Part shown: piece after piece, positions 21,389 to 32,568 of the stretch
Layout of the letters: the number at the start of each line of letters is the position of its first letter
How positions within the stretch are numbered: position 1 is the first letter of the stretch
Notes under the pieces: model-generated
What the model saw: the letters and a program-made list of their open reading frames with translations, nothing else
The model's database searches: none
Told to the model about the DNA's origin: nothing
Assembly: GCA_963779615.1 (NCBI GenBank)
Contig: CAVZZA010000005.1
Span: 544,001 to 608,000 of the forward strand
DNA length: 64,000 bases
Source of the DNA: an uncultured Nitrososphaeraceae archaeon
GTDB taxonomy: Archaea; Thermoproteota; Nitrososphaeria; Nitrososphaerales; Nitrososphaeraceae
Direction of reading: 5' to 3'
Translations under genes and position numbers: made by a program

Positions 21389-22013
21389 TACACACTATTA
21401 CCACTGTTCGATGACATATACACACACGTACAAAATAGAAAATAGAAAATCTGTTTGAACCAATTTTTTAACCTTCAACGGCAAAGAATTCAATAGTGTT
21501 TTGCAAATCGTAAATGAATGTTTTGCAATACCAGTAACATGGGTTAATGTAATGCACATCTTTGAATCCAGGTTTTACTGCCAGCCAAATGGCACCATAT
21601 AACGTTCTTAACTTGTAGTGCTCGAGTAACCTGTTTTGTTTACCATAGGTTAATTCCAGTTTAACATCTGGATATTGTGTAAACGAATTAGCGTAATTTA
21701 ACCGGAACAATCCTGTCAACATGCAAGGCGAAACCAAAACAAGGAATGAAAAGGAATGTCTTTTTGCGGCGGTAACTAGATCATATGTTTAGTGCCGTCT
21801 ATGGGTTTTTACAGAAATGGGCAGCTAAACCTACATATCCTAAGCAATTGCATGATGGGTTGATTATATAATGCAAACAAAATGTGCCAATGATGAAATG
21901 AATTAGATTGGTGATTAATTATTACACCACTCTTTACAGATAATACAACCACCATAACCTTGGTTCGGCAACATCCCAGTTAACAAAAGTTAATTAGCCT
22001 TGTTTTTGAAAGT

Positions 22014-22793
22014 ATGCTGGTTATTAAAATGGGTTACATGGATCTTATGAGTAAAGTTGAAAATGTTGACTTAATTGGAAAAATGATTAGAGATTATATG
22101 GCAGGCGCCGATGGAAATGTACAGAATGTGTTTGATTTGGAGGATGCTTTCGCTAGAACCATTTGGATGGATGCATGTGTAAAAAGGATAAAGGAGAATC
22201 CGGATTCCGCAAGGTTGATTGAGGAAAGATACATGGGCCCAGAGTATAACCTAGACGATCTTTTGAAGCAACCCAAAGATTCGTTTGGATACACTTATGC
22301 TAAAGTGATGACTCTCAAGGGCTTTGCACCCCATTTTTATAGGGATAGACCTAGTGTTGACGATGAACGAGATTACATTACCATGCGTGTTCGCAAAACA
22401 CATGATTTGTATCACACACTTAGTGGGTTTAGCATGACTCTTGGTGAGGTGGGAGTTATAGCCCTTAATATTGTCCAACAATCTTACCCTGCTTTCACCT
22501 TAATAGATAATGTCATATTGACCACAACATGTTTTCCCGGCTTAGCCAGTCTTGGAACAGGAGAAAAAGGCAAGCAGGTAACTGATATGATCAATGCGGG
22601 CATGGTGTTCGATACCCTATCTGCGGGAGTAAACATGGGACGTAAAGCAAAAACACTCTTTCCTTTGAAGTTTGAAGAGATGCTCAAAATGCCACTCGAA
22701 GAGGTCAGAGAGGATCTGAATATTAATCCCATTAAGGAAGGGCTAGGTAGCTGGTACCAGGATCCCGTATTAAAGGACGCAGGACTCCATTGA
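22014..22793 (+). CDS. Coq4 family protein (ubiquinone-biosynthesis COQ4 homolog)
   Basis: L...P.DSFG..YA; YI..R.RKTHDLYHTLSGF....GE.GVIA, which is the HDxxH-(x10-11)-E metal-binding motif of Coq4; C-terminal G..AK.L....FEE....PLEEVR..L.I.P. Confidence 0.8.
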   Translation: MLVIKMGYMDLMSKVENVDLIGKMIRDYMAGADGNVQNVFDLEDAFARTIWMDACVKRIKENPDSARLIEERYMGPEYNLDDLLKQPKDSFGYTYAKVMTLKGFAPHFYRDRPSVDDERDYITMRVRKTHDLYHTLSGFSMTLGEVGVIALNIVQQSYPAFTLIDNVILTTTCFPGLASLGTGEKGKQVTDMINAGMVFDTLSAGVNMGRKAKTLFPLKFEEMLKMPLEEVREDLNINPIKEGLGSWYQDPVLKDAGLH

Positions 22794-23237
22794 GCAACAA
22801 TGCTAAAGGATAAAGGATAAACAGCCATAATTTATCATGGCGCTCTTTTAATGCCCTTTTAATAATTTGCCTTTCCCCATTTCTTTATCTTGGCTTTTAG
22901 ACAACTGGATGTTTTGTTGTTGAATGGTAACAACATAAGCAAATAACCATGTCCTTAAGGCGTGTTTGGCGCCACAATAAATTGTGTATTCAATTGTGGA
23001 AAAACTTTCACAATAAATGAAGTCTCACCTTCCACATGCATACTGGTAGTGTATCAAATTCATCAAGGCCAAGCTTAATGTAAACCATAATTGATTCTTG
23101 TAATGCAGATATGATTAGCAGTGTTACTTTTTTTGAATAACACTCATATCAATCCCCTTCATCCCCTGGAAAACACAAAAAATTCACAAAAAATTTTGAA
23201 ATCTTTTTTACCAGCCTGCCATGACACCTATCTTATA

Positions 23238-23966
23238 ATGGCAAATCAGAATAATGCTAAACACGATTTCTCAAACAAGGTTGTGCTGGTAACCGGCGGG
23301 ACCGGGGCTTTGGGAAGATCCATAGCACAGGCTTTTGTTGAATCCAACGCTACGGTAATATCCACATATGTTAATGACAGGGAAACAAGCCAGGGAGGCT
23401 CGGAAAACAAATCAGCGGTACAGCTAATCAAAGCAGATGTGACAAATGATGAGGAGGTAGGCAAGTTAGTTTCAAACATTATTGGCAAATACGGTCATAT
23501 CCACATACTGGTCAACGTGGTTGGCGGTTATATTGGAGGCAAGAGCCTACCAGATCTTGACGAAAAAGAATGGGATAAAATGATGACTCTAAATCTAAAA
23601 ACTGCTTTTCTGATAAGCAAGTATGTTACTCCGCAGATGATCTCATCAAAATATGGAAAGATAGTACACGTCTCTTCCAGAAACGGGCTAAAATCCGAGG
23701 GACACGATTCTGCCTATGCGGCATCAAAAGCTGGTTTGATCAGGCTTGTGGAGGCACTGGCGGAGGAAACAAAGGAGTCAAACATTAACGTAAATTGCAT
23801 AATGCCAAGCACAATAGACACTGCGGCAACCAGAAAAGCGATGCCAAATGCAGATTTTAGCAAGTGGGTAAAGCCTGAGGACTTGGCAAACGTGGTGTTG
23901 TTTTTAAGTTCAGAGGAGGGAAAAGTCATAACGGGTGCTGCCATACCCACTTATGGAGTAGCCTGA
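23238..23966 (+). CDS. SDR family oxidoreductase
   Basis: TGGTGALG, YAASK, VNCIMPSTIDT, W.KPEDLA; start moved to ATG 23238. Confidence 0.92.
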   Translation: MANQNNAKHDFSNKVVLVTGGTGALGRSIAQAFVESNATVISTYVNDRETSQGGSENKSAVQLIKADVTNDEEVGKLVSNIIGKYGHIHILVNVVGGYIGGKSLPDLDEKEWDKMMTLNLKTAFLISKYVTPQMISSKYGKIVHVSSRNGLKSEGHDSAYAASKAGLIRLVEALAEETKESNINVNCIMPSTIDTAATRKAMPNADFSKWVKPEDLANVVLFLSSEEGKVITGAAIPTYGVA

Positions 23967-24255
23967 ACAAACTTAGGTCAAAACTAGCAAACCATTGTTC
24001 TTTTGATAGACTGATTATAAATTGAATAATCTGCAAAATATTTTAAAAACAAGTACAGTCTTTTTTTTGCCAAATTTTGGCATAGTGTTTTCTACTGCTG
24101 TTGTTAATTAGTTTGCCAAACTCAATGTTGCCTTAAAACAATGCATGAAACTGCCATAATCATGGATAACAGATTCGGCATCGACGACAGGCAGAATCCA
24201 TAGACAGGGTATTTGGCTTCAAAGCATAATAGGATCATAGTCCAGTTCAACTTAT

Positions 24256-25644
24256 ATGAAGTCACCAGCTAATCAAAGGGCATTAGTTCTACAAGGCGGA
24301 GGATCGCTTGGGGCTTATGAGGCCGGAGCATATCAAGCACTTTACGAGAGAATCACAAAGAATGACAATGAAAACAATGATGCAGACAGGCCATTTTTGG
24401 ACATTGTAGCTGGAACATCAATAGGTGCGATAAATGCCGCAATAATAGTAAGCTTTGTGCTGGAAAACAACACATGGGAAGGCTCTTCAGAAAGACTAAA
24501 CGAATTCTGGGAATATTTGTCAAAGGAATCATCATGGGATAAGGTTCCTGGTTTCACATACTGGTGGGATTACATGAATAAATACGTTAACAGCAATATC
24601 GCCTCTGGCGAGGCTGCAAGAAGATACTATTCATCAAAAGAGTTTTCGATTAAAGGGGTTCCTTCAGTTTTCTCCCCTTTAATGCCGCATTTGGATACAA
24701 GGTATTTTGACCCTCAAAACACATGGTATCGCTTTGACAGCGGACCTTTAAAGAGAAGCTTGGAGAGATTTGCAAAATTTCCAATATCGACAAGTTTTAA
24801 CGAAGAAGTCCAGCAACCAAGACTTCTTCTCGTTAGCGTGGATGTGGCAGAAGGCGCTGCGGTGACATTTGATAGCTATGTAAGGGAAGATGGCTCGAGA
24901 AAATCCGAATACGGAAAATACATTATTAAAAACGGGAAAGAAATAGGTCATAGTCACATCATCAGGTACAACAACGGAATTACATCAGAACAGGTTATGG
25001 CAAGTGCATCGGTGCCAATCCATTTCAATTATACCACCATGGAGGTTGAAAGTTATGATAACACCACAGGTAACTATACGAAGAATAGTCGATATTTTTG
25101 GGACGGCGGCCTAATGAGCAATACCCCGTTAACACAACTTGTGCTTTTGCACCGCTATTACTGGCTCAAGGTAATGGGTTTAAAAGACACTGTCCCAAGG
25201 CTAGAAATAGGCATAGTCAACGTTCATCCCTCAAGGCAGGATGCAATTCCGATGGACCGTGATAGTGTTTTAAACAGAAATAATGACATAACCTTTTCAG
25301 ACAAAACATCAAAGGAGCAAGAGGCCCTTTTAACCATGTCAGACTATATTGACATGGCAAGAGAGCTGATCAAGATTGCAAAGGACCATGGAGTAAAAGA
25401 TGACGTTATAAACAATTTGTTGAGTAGAAAGACAATTAACCACGGTCTAACAACAAGACCCAGAAAATATATGGATATCCTTAAGGGTCAAATCGAGATA
25501 GGAAAGGTAATACGCATAAATCGCAAAAATGATGAAAACACCATATCAAACAAAATTTTTGACTTTTCATCAAAAACAATTAGGCAGCTAAAGGAAACAG
25601 GGTATAAAAATACAATGGATCTTACTGACGTGGAATTTGATTAG
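24256..25644 (+). CDS. Patatin-like phospholipase family protein
   Basis: GGGSLGAY oxyanion loop, GTSIG nucleophile elbow, WDGG catalytic Asp, SNTPL. Confidence 0.92.
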   Translation: MKSPANQRALVLQGGGSLGAYEAGAYQALYERITKNDNENNDADRPFLDIVAGTSIGAINAAIIVSFVLENNTWEGSSERLNEFWEYLSKESSWDKVPGFTYWWDYMNKYVNSNIASGEAARRYYSSKEFSIKGVPSVFSPLMPHLDTRYFDPQNTWYRFDSGPLKRSLERFAKFPISTSFNEEVQQPRLLLVSVDVAEGAAVTFDSYVREDGSRKSEYGKYIIKNGKEIGHSHIIRYNNGITSEQVMASASVPIHFNYTTMEVESYDNTTGNYTKNSRYFWDGGLMSNTPLTQLVLLHRYYWLKVMGLKDTVPRLEIGIVNVHPSRQDAIPMDRDSVLNRNNDITFSDKTSKEQEALLTMSDYIDMARELIKIAKDHGVKDDVINNLLSRKTINHGLTTRPRKYMDILKGQIEIGKVIRINRKNDENTISNKIFDFSSKTIRQLKETGYKNTMDLTDVEFD

Positions 25645-25948
25645 AATGATCATACAGTCAATTTCCATATTACGTGACATTAAATGACCGTCTAGGATGA
25701 CGGTAAATCACTTAAATGGGTTATTGCAACACCAAAAAAAATAACAGATTCAAGCATTACAGTTAATCTCATTCAATCTTAAGCAATCCAAAATTACGGA
25801 GGCATTATTGCATTTTAATGGATCTCCAATTTAAGCAACATGCACACCACAAACTTTTGGCAATATAGACATGATTCTCAAATTAACACAAGGGGTTTAC
25901 ATCATGATAAACGTTACCATTTTTCTTGCCTGATGTGTTCCTTTTTTA

Positions 25949-26410
25949 TTAAATCATCTGTTTATAGATCCTACTTAGCAAGAAAAGTATTGCTCCAGTG
26001 GGTACGAAGAGCAAGAACAAAAGTAGCAGATAGTGTTCATCCCCAGGCCCTAACGCAGATCCCACCACCGCTATCCCATAAATTATGATTACTATAGCTG
26101 GAATAACCATTGCCAGTATCAATATCCTAAAGTACCTGTTCATAGTAGCAGACAATTTTGAAGCATTTGAAATACTCAGCCCCAGAATAAACGAAGAGGT
26201 TCCCGTCAGGAATGACACCACTGTCAGGAAATTCTGTGTTGCAGACGTTGCAACACGGGCATCAGTGCCCTCACTGACTGCCATGGCGACTGGGATATGG
26301 AGTAAAATCGACGATATTAGAACAAGCATAACGGGTAATGATAGGATTTGAAGTGTACGCATTTCCATGCCATTGCATTTTGATAGACAATGATTGTAGC
26401 CACTGACCAT
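25949..26410 (-). CDS. Hypothetical membrane protein
   Basis: Signal or TM segment plus three further TM helices; true start probably a downstream Met. Confidence 0.65.
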   Translation of the reverse strand: MVSGYNHCLSKCNGMEMRTLQILSLPVMLVLISSILLHIPVAMAVSEGTDARVATSATQNFLTVVSFLTGTSSFILGLSISNASKLSATMNRYFRILILAMVIPAIVIIIYGIAVVGSALGPGDEHYLLLLFLLFVPTGAILFLLSRIYKQMI

Positions 26411-27304
26411 ATCATATCACCCTAGAGATGAGCCAACAATTTCTTGCAAAACAAGAACCCAAACCGCATAACATCACAGGTTTCTCAAAGCGAACAATCA
26501 TTGTTAAAAATCGAGCAAAAACGTAAAAGAATCTATCAAGTAGGGTCCCAACACCGTACATAGCTAACAGAGCAGCATTAGGCCCTAATAGCATTTTCCT
26601 CCGCATCATGGCCATTGTTGTTGATATATCATCACACATACCCCCTTCCTTCCTCACCATCATAGCCATGGATTTGACTTAAAAACAAGCATGTTATTGA
26701 GAATTCCACAATGCTTTGAACGCATCTGCCCGTTCCATAACTGGGAAAACTACTTTTGACACCGTCCTGTCTATAACCAATAAACCATCCTTCAATTAGG
26801 TTTTTCAAGCATAAAGATGTAAATACAATAACCATGTATTTTCAGGATCCGTAAATTCCATCAAAGATTTGGATATTTAAAATGGTATCGCTATACTCCA
26901 TTCTATATAATAATTGGTGATACGATTATTCCTTTTTTTCAATGTTAGTTTAGATAATTATATGTGAAAATATTATAAATTATATAAATTTCACGACGTC
27001 TGGTGATTTATAAATTGACTGAAAACCAGGCATATGTTTTCTATACTTACATACTTTATAGCAATATTCCTTTCTCTTGACACGGTTATCAACCACCCCC
27101 CCCTCTATCCAGGCAATTTAAAAGAAGCCAACCAATACACATGATCAGAGAAACCCATTTTATAGCCTTTTTTTGATTTGCAAATGCCAAATGTTTGTTT
27201 ATGAGCGTCTCTTTCGGTTGCGGTTAAATAAGGAGCAGGCACAAATCAACATCTTTTAAATAGCCCCATTAATTATTTCTGTAAGAAGGGAATGACGCTA
27301 CAAC

Positions 27305-28183
27305 TTGGGAGCACTTGAAAGTCTTACAGCCATAGTTATCGTGGTAGGGATTATTTCCACCATGTTCTCCATTGGTTTGGGTTTGAATTTAAGGCAGATC
27401 AAAAGCGTGTTATCCAACTATAGTTTGATGGCCCGAGGCCTAATTGTAAACTTCCTTGTCATTCCTGTTGTAGCTTTTGCGCTGACCAAAATAATACCAA
27501 TGGATGAAGTGGTAGCCATTGGCTTTATAGTAGCTTCAGTTTGTGCAGGCGCCCCCTTTGGGCCAAAATTAGCCCAAATAGTCAAAGCCGACGTACCTTT
27601 TGCAGTCACAATGATGGTTGTTCTTTCAGGGTTGACCATCATAGTAACGCCCATATGGCTTTATGTTTTTCTGGGCCCCGCCACATTAAGCGAGGCATCC
27701 ATTGATCCCTTACCGTTGGTTGGCCAGATTATAGTCATATATTTACTGCCCATGATCATCGGGCTTCTCATCAATACAAAATATCCAGCAATGGCTCAAA
27801 AAATCAGGCCTCCGGTGTTAAAGGTCTCAAACGTGACATTCCCAATAACCATTGCTTTGATAGTCATAACAAACATAAGTGGACTTGTATCCCTGTTTGG
27901 TTCGCTGGGAATCATAACAAGCATCATAAGTGTTGTTATCTATGGCTTGCTAGGGTATGTGTTTGGAGGACCCAAAATAGGCACCAAGCACTCACTTGCT
28001 TTTGACTCTGCAATACGCAATGGAGGTCTTGGAATACTCTTGGCTGCACAGGCCTTCTCCCATGAACCAAAGGTGGCGGTCATGGTTGTGGTGTTTGGAA
28101 TAATTCAAACCATTGTTATGTTACCTGTAGCCACACTGCTGGCAAGGCGAAAACCCGCAGAATCGGCTGAAATAACCAAATAA
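27305..28183 (+). CDS. Bile acid:sodium symporter (BASS) family transporter
   Basis: MFSIGLGL, NFLVIP, CAGAP..PK....KADV, IRN.GL...A; about 9-10 TM helices. Confidence 0.88.
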   Translation: MGALESLTAIVIVVGIISTMFSIGLGLNLRQIKSVLSNYSLMARGLIVNFLVIPVVAFALTKIIPMDEVVAIGFIVASVCAGAPFGPKLAQIVKADVPFAVTMMVVLSGLTIIVTPIWLYVFLGPATLSEASIDPLPLVGQIIVIYLLPMIIGLLINTKYPAMAQKIRPPVLKVSNVTFPITIALIVITNISGLVSLFGSLGIITSIISVVIYGLLGYVFGGPKIGTKHSLAFDSAIRNGGLGILLAAQAFSHEPKVAVMVVVFGIIQTIVMLPVATLLARRKPAESAEITK

Positions 28184-28466
28184 CCTAATCCTAAATGAAA
28201 AACAGCAACATCAAAAGGAAACTGGTTAGGTTTTAGCACTGATACTTTCTCTTGATATTTGCAGATGAAACACACCACAGGGTATTAAAAAAACGCCCAA
28301 AATAAGCATAGTCTTTCTTTCGCAAAGACTGTTGTGATAGACATTCAACAATAGTAAAAAAAATGTTTTGAATAACAAAACACAAGATGAAACGATATGG
28401 GGAGTGCACCTAAAGTTACAATTATGCATTGTTTCCATCCATCTTTACTGTTTCACCATTGTGGAA

Positions 28467-29861
28467 TCATTCCACATAGTGGTGGTGAATCAGCTGGTCA
28501 TAGAACCTTACAGACTTTATGTTTACGAATTCCAATGATCCGTACCTTGACAACTCTCTTCCAAAACCGCTTTTCTTGACGCCCCCAAACGGAACCCTTG
28601 GATCAGAAATTACCACATTGTTGACAGACACCATGCCAGATTCCACAATATCGGACAGCCTTTCTGCCTGATGGAGGTCTTGAGTCCATATGCTTGCCCC
28701 AAGACCATACTCGGAGTCGTTTGCCATATTGATAGCCTCATCTGCGTTTTCAGCTATAATGATAGGGGCGACTGGGCCAAAAACTTCCTCCTGCACTATT
28801 TTCATATGCGGGGTGACATTCTTAAGAACGGTTGGACTGTAGAAATAGCCCTTGCTTCCTATCTGTTTTCCCCCTGTCAATACTTCAGCACCCTCATTTA
28901 GTGCGTCTTTAACCTGGGAATCTATTTTTTTCAAGCCGCCAGCGTTTACAAGAGGTCCAATGTCCGTGTCATCCGACAACGGGTCTCCCACTTTAAGTTT
29001 CTCCGTTTTTTGGACAAATTTCTCAATAAATTCATTTGCCACACTCTTCACTACAATAAATCGTTTTGATGCTATGCAGCTCTGGCCGCAGTTTATAAAG
29101 CGTCCCATGACCGCACCGCCTGACGCTTTCTCGACATTGGCATCTTCACACACTATAAAGGGATCGCTGCCTCCAAGCTCCAGAACGGTTTTCTTTAGCT
29201 TTGAGGTTGCCCTTTGTGCAACCTTTGAGCCTGCAGGGACACTTCCGGTGAATGTTACAGCGTTAATGTCCGAATCGATAAGCGTGTTTGCGATGCTGGA
29301 ATCACCTATAAGGGTTTGGAAAATCCCATCCGGCAGACCGGCTTTGTTGAAGGTCTTCTCAATCTCAATTCCGCACTGCATTGTGGCACTTGCCGGTTTC
29401 AACACTATGGTGTTTCCAGCTATCAATGAGGGAGCTGCAAATCTAAGGGCCTGCCAATATGGAAAATTCCAGGGCATTATGCTTCCTATAACCCCTAAAG
29501 GCTGAAACTTGATTGTGCTCTTTCTTGCATCGGTGTTAACAACCTCGTCATGAAGAAAAATCCCGCCATTGTCTGCGTAATAATCCATTGCAATAGCGCA
29601 TTTTTCTATTTCAGACCGGGCCTCTTTCATTGCCTTGCCCATTTCATTTGAAGATGTCCTTGCAAGGCCTTCCTTGTTTTTCCTTAACTCCTGGGCCAAA
29701 TCATGAAGGAAATCGGACCTTCCAGGGTTTTTTTTCCACTCTTTGTATGCGTCTCTTGACTTTTTTACCACGGAGTTTATCTCCGCATCCGTCATGATGT
29801 CATAATTGTTAAGAACTTCTTCTGTTGCAGGATTTATGGTGGTTATCTTGGCTGTGCTCAT
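28467..29861 (-). CDS. NAD(P)-dependent aldehyde dehydrogenase (succinate-semialdehyde dehydrogenase-like)
   Basis: PWNFP, FTGS, LELGGSDP (catalytic Glu), NCGQSCIA (catalytic Cys), EEVFGP, PFGGVK.SG.GRE. Confidence 0.93.
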   Translation of the reverse strand: MSTAKITTINPATEEVLNNYDIMTDAEINSVVKKSRDAYKEWKKNPGRSDFLHDLAQELRKNKEGLARTSSNEMGKAMKEARSEIEKCAIAMDYYADNGGIFLHDEVVNTDARKSTIKFQPLGVIGSIMPWNFPYWQALRFAAPSLIAGNTIVLKPASATMQCGIEIEKTFNKAGLPDGIFQTLIGDSSIANTLIDSDINAVTFTGSVPAGSKVAQRATSKLKKTVLELGGSDPFIVCEDANVEKASGGAVMGRFINCGQSCIASKRFIVVKSVANEFIEKFVQKTEKLKVGDPLSDDTDIGPLVNAGGLKKIDSQVKDALNEGAEVLTGGKQIGSKGYFYSPTVLKNVTPHMKIVQEEVFGPVAPIIIAENADEAINMANDSEYGLGASIWTQDLHQAERLSDIVESGMVSVNNVVISDPRVPFGGVKKSGFGRELSRYGSLEFVNIKSVRFYDQLIHHHYVE

Positions 29862-30910
29862 GGGTTAATTATCCCTCTGCCGAGAATTTTGCCATTCTTT
29901 AGCATTGTCAACGCCTCCGTTGCCTGGTCAAGTTTAAATCGATTGGAGATAATTGGTTTGATTACCCCACGCTTTGCCAAAGAGACAAGCTCTATCAAGT
30001 CCGTCATGCTACCTGTATAAGATCCAATCAACTTATACGCTTTGGTTGGCATCGAGACTAGGTTTAGTTTTAGTTCACCGCCAAAAAGCCCCACTAACAC
30101 GACCTTCCCTCGCCTTCTGAGCAGCTGCATGTCAGTCTCCACTGTTTTGGAGGAGTTTACAAAGTCAATTACCGCATCCGCACCCAAGTTGCCAGTGAAC
30201 TCCTTAACAGCCTTGATGGGATCTTCGTTTTTTGAGTTGATTGTGTTATCTGCACCATTTTCCTTTGCTGCTTTTAGTTTCCCATCATCCAAATCCATGG
30301 CAATTATTTTTGCGCCAGTAATTGCCTTTGCCAGTTGAATAGCCATCAATCCAAGGCCTCCGGCCCCGACAACTACAACATTGTCATTTGGGGCCAAGCC
30401 AGTATTCTTAACTGCACCATAGGCGGTAAGAGCCGAGCACGATAGGGAGGCACTTGCATCAGAATCCAACTCGCCTGTTTTTACCAGGTACCTGTAACTT
30501 GGCACCAGCAGGTATTCAGAATATCCCCCATCAGTGTAGACGCCTAGTGATCTTGGCTTGTCACAAAGATTTTCCTGGCCGATTCTACATGCAGGACAAA
30601 GCCCCTCGCCTATCCAGGGAAAGACAAGAACCTTTTCATTCACGCTAAAATCCTCTGCCTGCTCACCCATGCTGTCAATCACACCCGCAACCTCGTGTCC
30701 TGGGGTTAAAGGATAGCTTACACCTCTGTCGGTGGTTTTTAAAAGCACTCCTCCGGGACCCTCATATCCCCCTTCCCACAAGTGAATGTCGCTATGGCAA
30801 ACGCCTGATGACTGAACCTTGACAAGCACTTGAGACCCCGTGGGTTTAGGGGTGGGTAGTTCCTGAATTTCAAGAGGCTGGTTTGGTTGAATTATTCTTG
30901 CTGCTTTCAT
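29858..30910 (-). CDS. Zinc-dependent alcohol dehydrogenase
   Basis: GVCHSDIH, GHE, C..C...C, GAGGLG. Overlaps the aldehyde dehydrogenase start by 4 nt (ATGA), indicating an operon. Confidence 0.93.
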   Translation of the reverse strand: MKAARIIQPNQPLEIQELPTPKPTGSQVLVKVQSSGVCHSDIHLWEGGYEGPGGVLLKTTDRGVSYPLTPGHEVAGVIDSMGEQAEDFSVNEKVLVFPWIGEGLCPACRIGQENLCDKPRSLGVYTDGGYSEYLLVPSYRYLVKTGELDSDASASLSCSALTAYGAVKNTGLAPNDNVVVVGAGGLGLMAIQLAKAITGAKIIAMDLDDGKLKAAKENGADNTINSKNEDPIKAVKEFTGNLGADAVIDFVNSSKTVETDMQLLRRRGKVVLVGLFGGELKLNLVSMPTKAYKLIGSYTGSMTDLIELVSLAKRGVIKPIISNRFKLDQATEALTMLKNGKILGRGIINP

Positions 30911-31583
30911 AATGAAGGGTCGTTCTTTCTATTATATTAGAATTAATCATTTCATAATTATTTTATTTTACCTTGTTTCTTCCTCCTCCTCCTCTTAATC
31001 CTCCTCTACTACTACAGGGCATCTGCCATGTAGCATCATCACCTGCAGAAAAATAATTTGGTGACAGGCTCAGGATTTACCTAGGCAAAACAGACACAGT
31101 TATTCATCTGTCACACCTCATTTCTCTACAGCATGAATTGATTGGGACACACCAGTTCTTACTCACTACCAAACGCCCACATTGTGGATCCAGCGACAAG
31201 TGTCAATATAGGCACATTACGCCCTGGCAATTGGCAAAAGGGTCGCCACCATGGATTGGTTAAACGGTTTCATTGGAACCGAAATTTTTTAGTTTCTGAA
31301 GCCTTGCCTTGGACTGGCACACACTCAGCATACGCTAGCTGTTACACCCCTTTCCGCTGCTGCTGCGCCTGCGGGGTATACCACAATGGAATAATTCTCT
31401 GCATGTCCAAAGAACCATCATCTTTTTGTCCATGGAAAAGGAGATGAAAAAATGCCAGAGCAATGTTGCCACTGCGAAACAATGGAGGCAACAACCGCTG
31501 TTTACACCCTCAGGAGATGCAAGGAACACTATCCAACAATAACAATAATAACAATAGCAATTAAAGCACTCATAAAGAAAAAG

Positions 31584-32390
31584 TTGAAAGCAATATTAGT
31601 GGCTGGTGGTTTAGGCACAAGGGCAAAGCCGTTTACCGACTATTCACCCAAGGCTTTAATTCCAATACACGGCCGTCCTGCAATAGACCATCTTGCAAGG
31701 TATTTATCAAAATTTTCTTGCGTTAGCGAAATCATCATAGTATGCGAATTTGATTCTTTTGGCAGGCAGATCATCAATTACTTTGAGGGAAAGGAGAAAA
31801 CCATTGGCAAAAGAATTACATTCATAGAGGACAAAAAGAAGGGAACAGGTGGCTCAATTTTACATGTTGAGGAAAGTGTCAAGGATGACGGGTTCTTTTT
31901 GGTCTGGTTTGCAGACAACCTCTGCGCTTTGCAAATAGGTGGCTTGATAGCAGAATACAACAAAGTAATTGATGAATACAAAAACCAGGTTTTGGGGGTG
32001 CTGGTTGTTAGTAAAAAAAGGCATGAGGAGACTGGCAGAGTGATTCTTGAGGATAACAACGCAGCAGCCATTTCCCTGGTAAAGGAATTCATTGAAAAGC
32101 CTGTTGTGACCCTTGAATGCCCCGAGGCGGCAGGCATCTACCTCTTTAACAACAAGATTTTTGATATGTTGCACAGTAAATCAAGGGAAAGCAATAACGG
32201 CACCTTTGACTTGTCCTACGACATCCTGGCAAAAATTCCAAGCGGTGGAGAGTACAAATTGGCTTCTTACGAAATTAGCCGTAGCAACACATACTGGATA
32301 GATATAGAATCCCCGGCACACGTAGACAGAAACAGAAAAACAGTGGACAAAATCATACTGCAGATGCAATCATCAACCCCTGATAAATAA
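31584..32390 (+). CDS. Sugar-phosphate nucleotidyltransferase family protein
   Basis: KAILVAGGLGTR..P.T...PKALIPI.G.P, GTGG, F.EKP, WIDI; start moved to TTG 31584. Confidence 0.9.
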   Translation: MKAILVAGGLGTRAKPFTDYSPKALIPIHGRPAIDHLARYLSKFSCVSEIIIVCEFDSFGRQIINYFEGKEKTIGKRITFIEDKKKGTGGSILHVEESVKDDGFFLVWFADNLCALQIGGLIAEYNKVIDEYKNQVLGVLVVSKKRHEETGRVILEDNNAAAISLVKEFIEKPVVTLECPEAAGIYLFNNKIFDMLHSKSRESNNGTFDLSYDILAKIPSGGEYKLASYEISRSNTYWIDIESPAHVDRNRKTVDKIILQMQSSTPDK

Positions 32391-32568
32391 CCATGCTAAT
32401 TTTTTGAGTGGCGGACAAACTAAAAAAAGGTGAGGGAAACAACAATAACCCGTCCTTTGCCATTATTTGGTGGATTGTCGTTGTTTTAACAATGGGAACG
32501 GGTTAAAGGATTGACTTTACCCATCATGGTTTGGATAAGCATATGCCTTTAAGCACATGCTTGTGATT

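Noticed and set aside
24256-25644. Patatin as a CBASS (CapV-like) defence effector
   Set aside because: No cyclase or other defence genes nearby. The nucleotidyltransferase at 31584 is a sugar-phosphate type, not a cGAS/DncV-like enzyme.
19721-29505. Long antisense ORFs such as 19721..20368 and 28852..29505
   Set aside because: They lie opposite well-supported genes and have no recognisable motifs.
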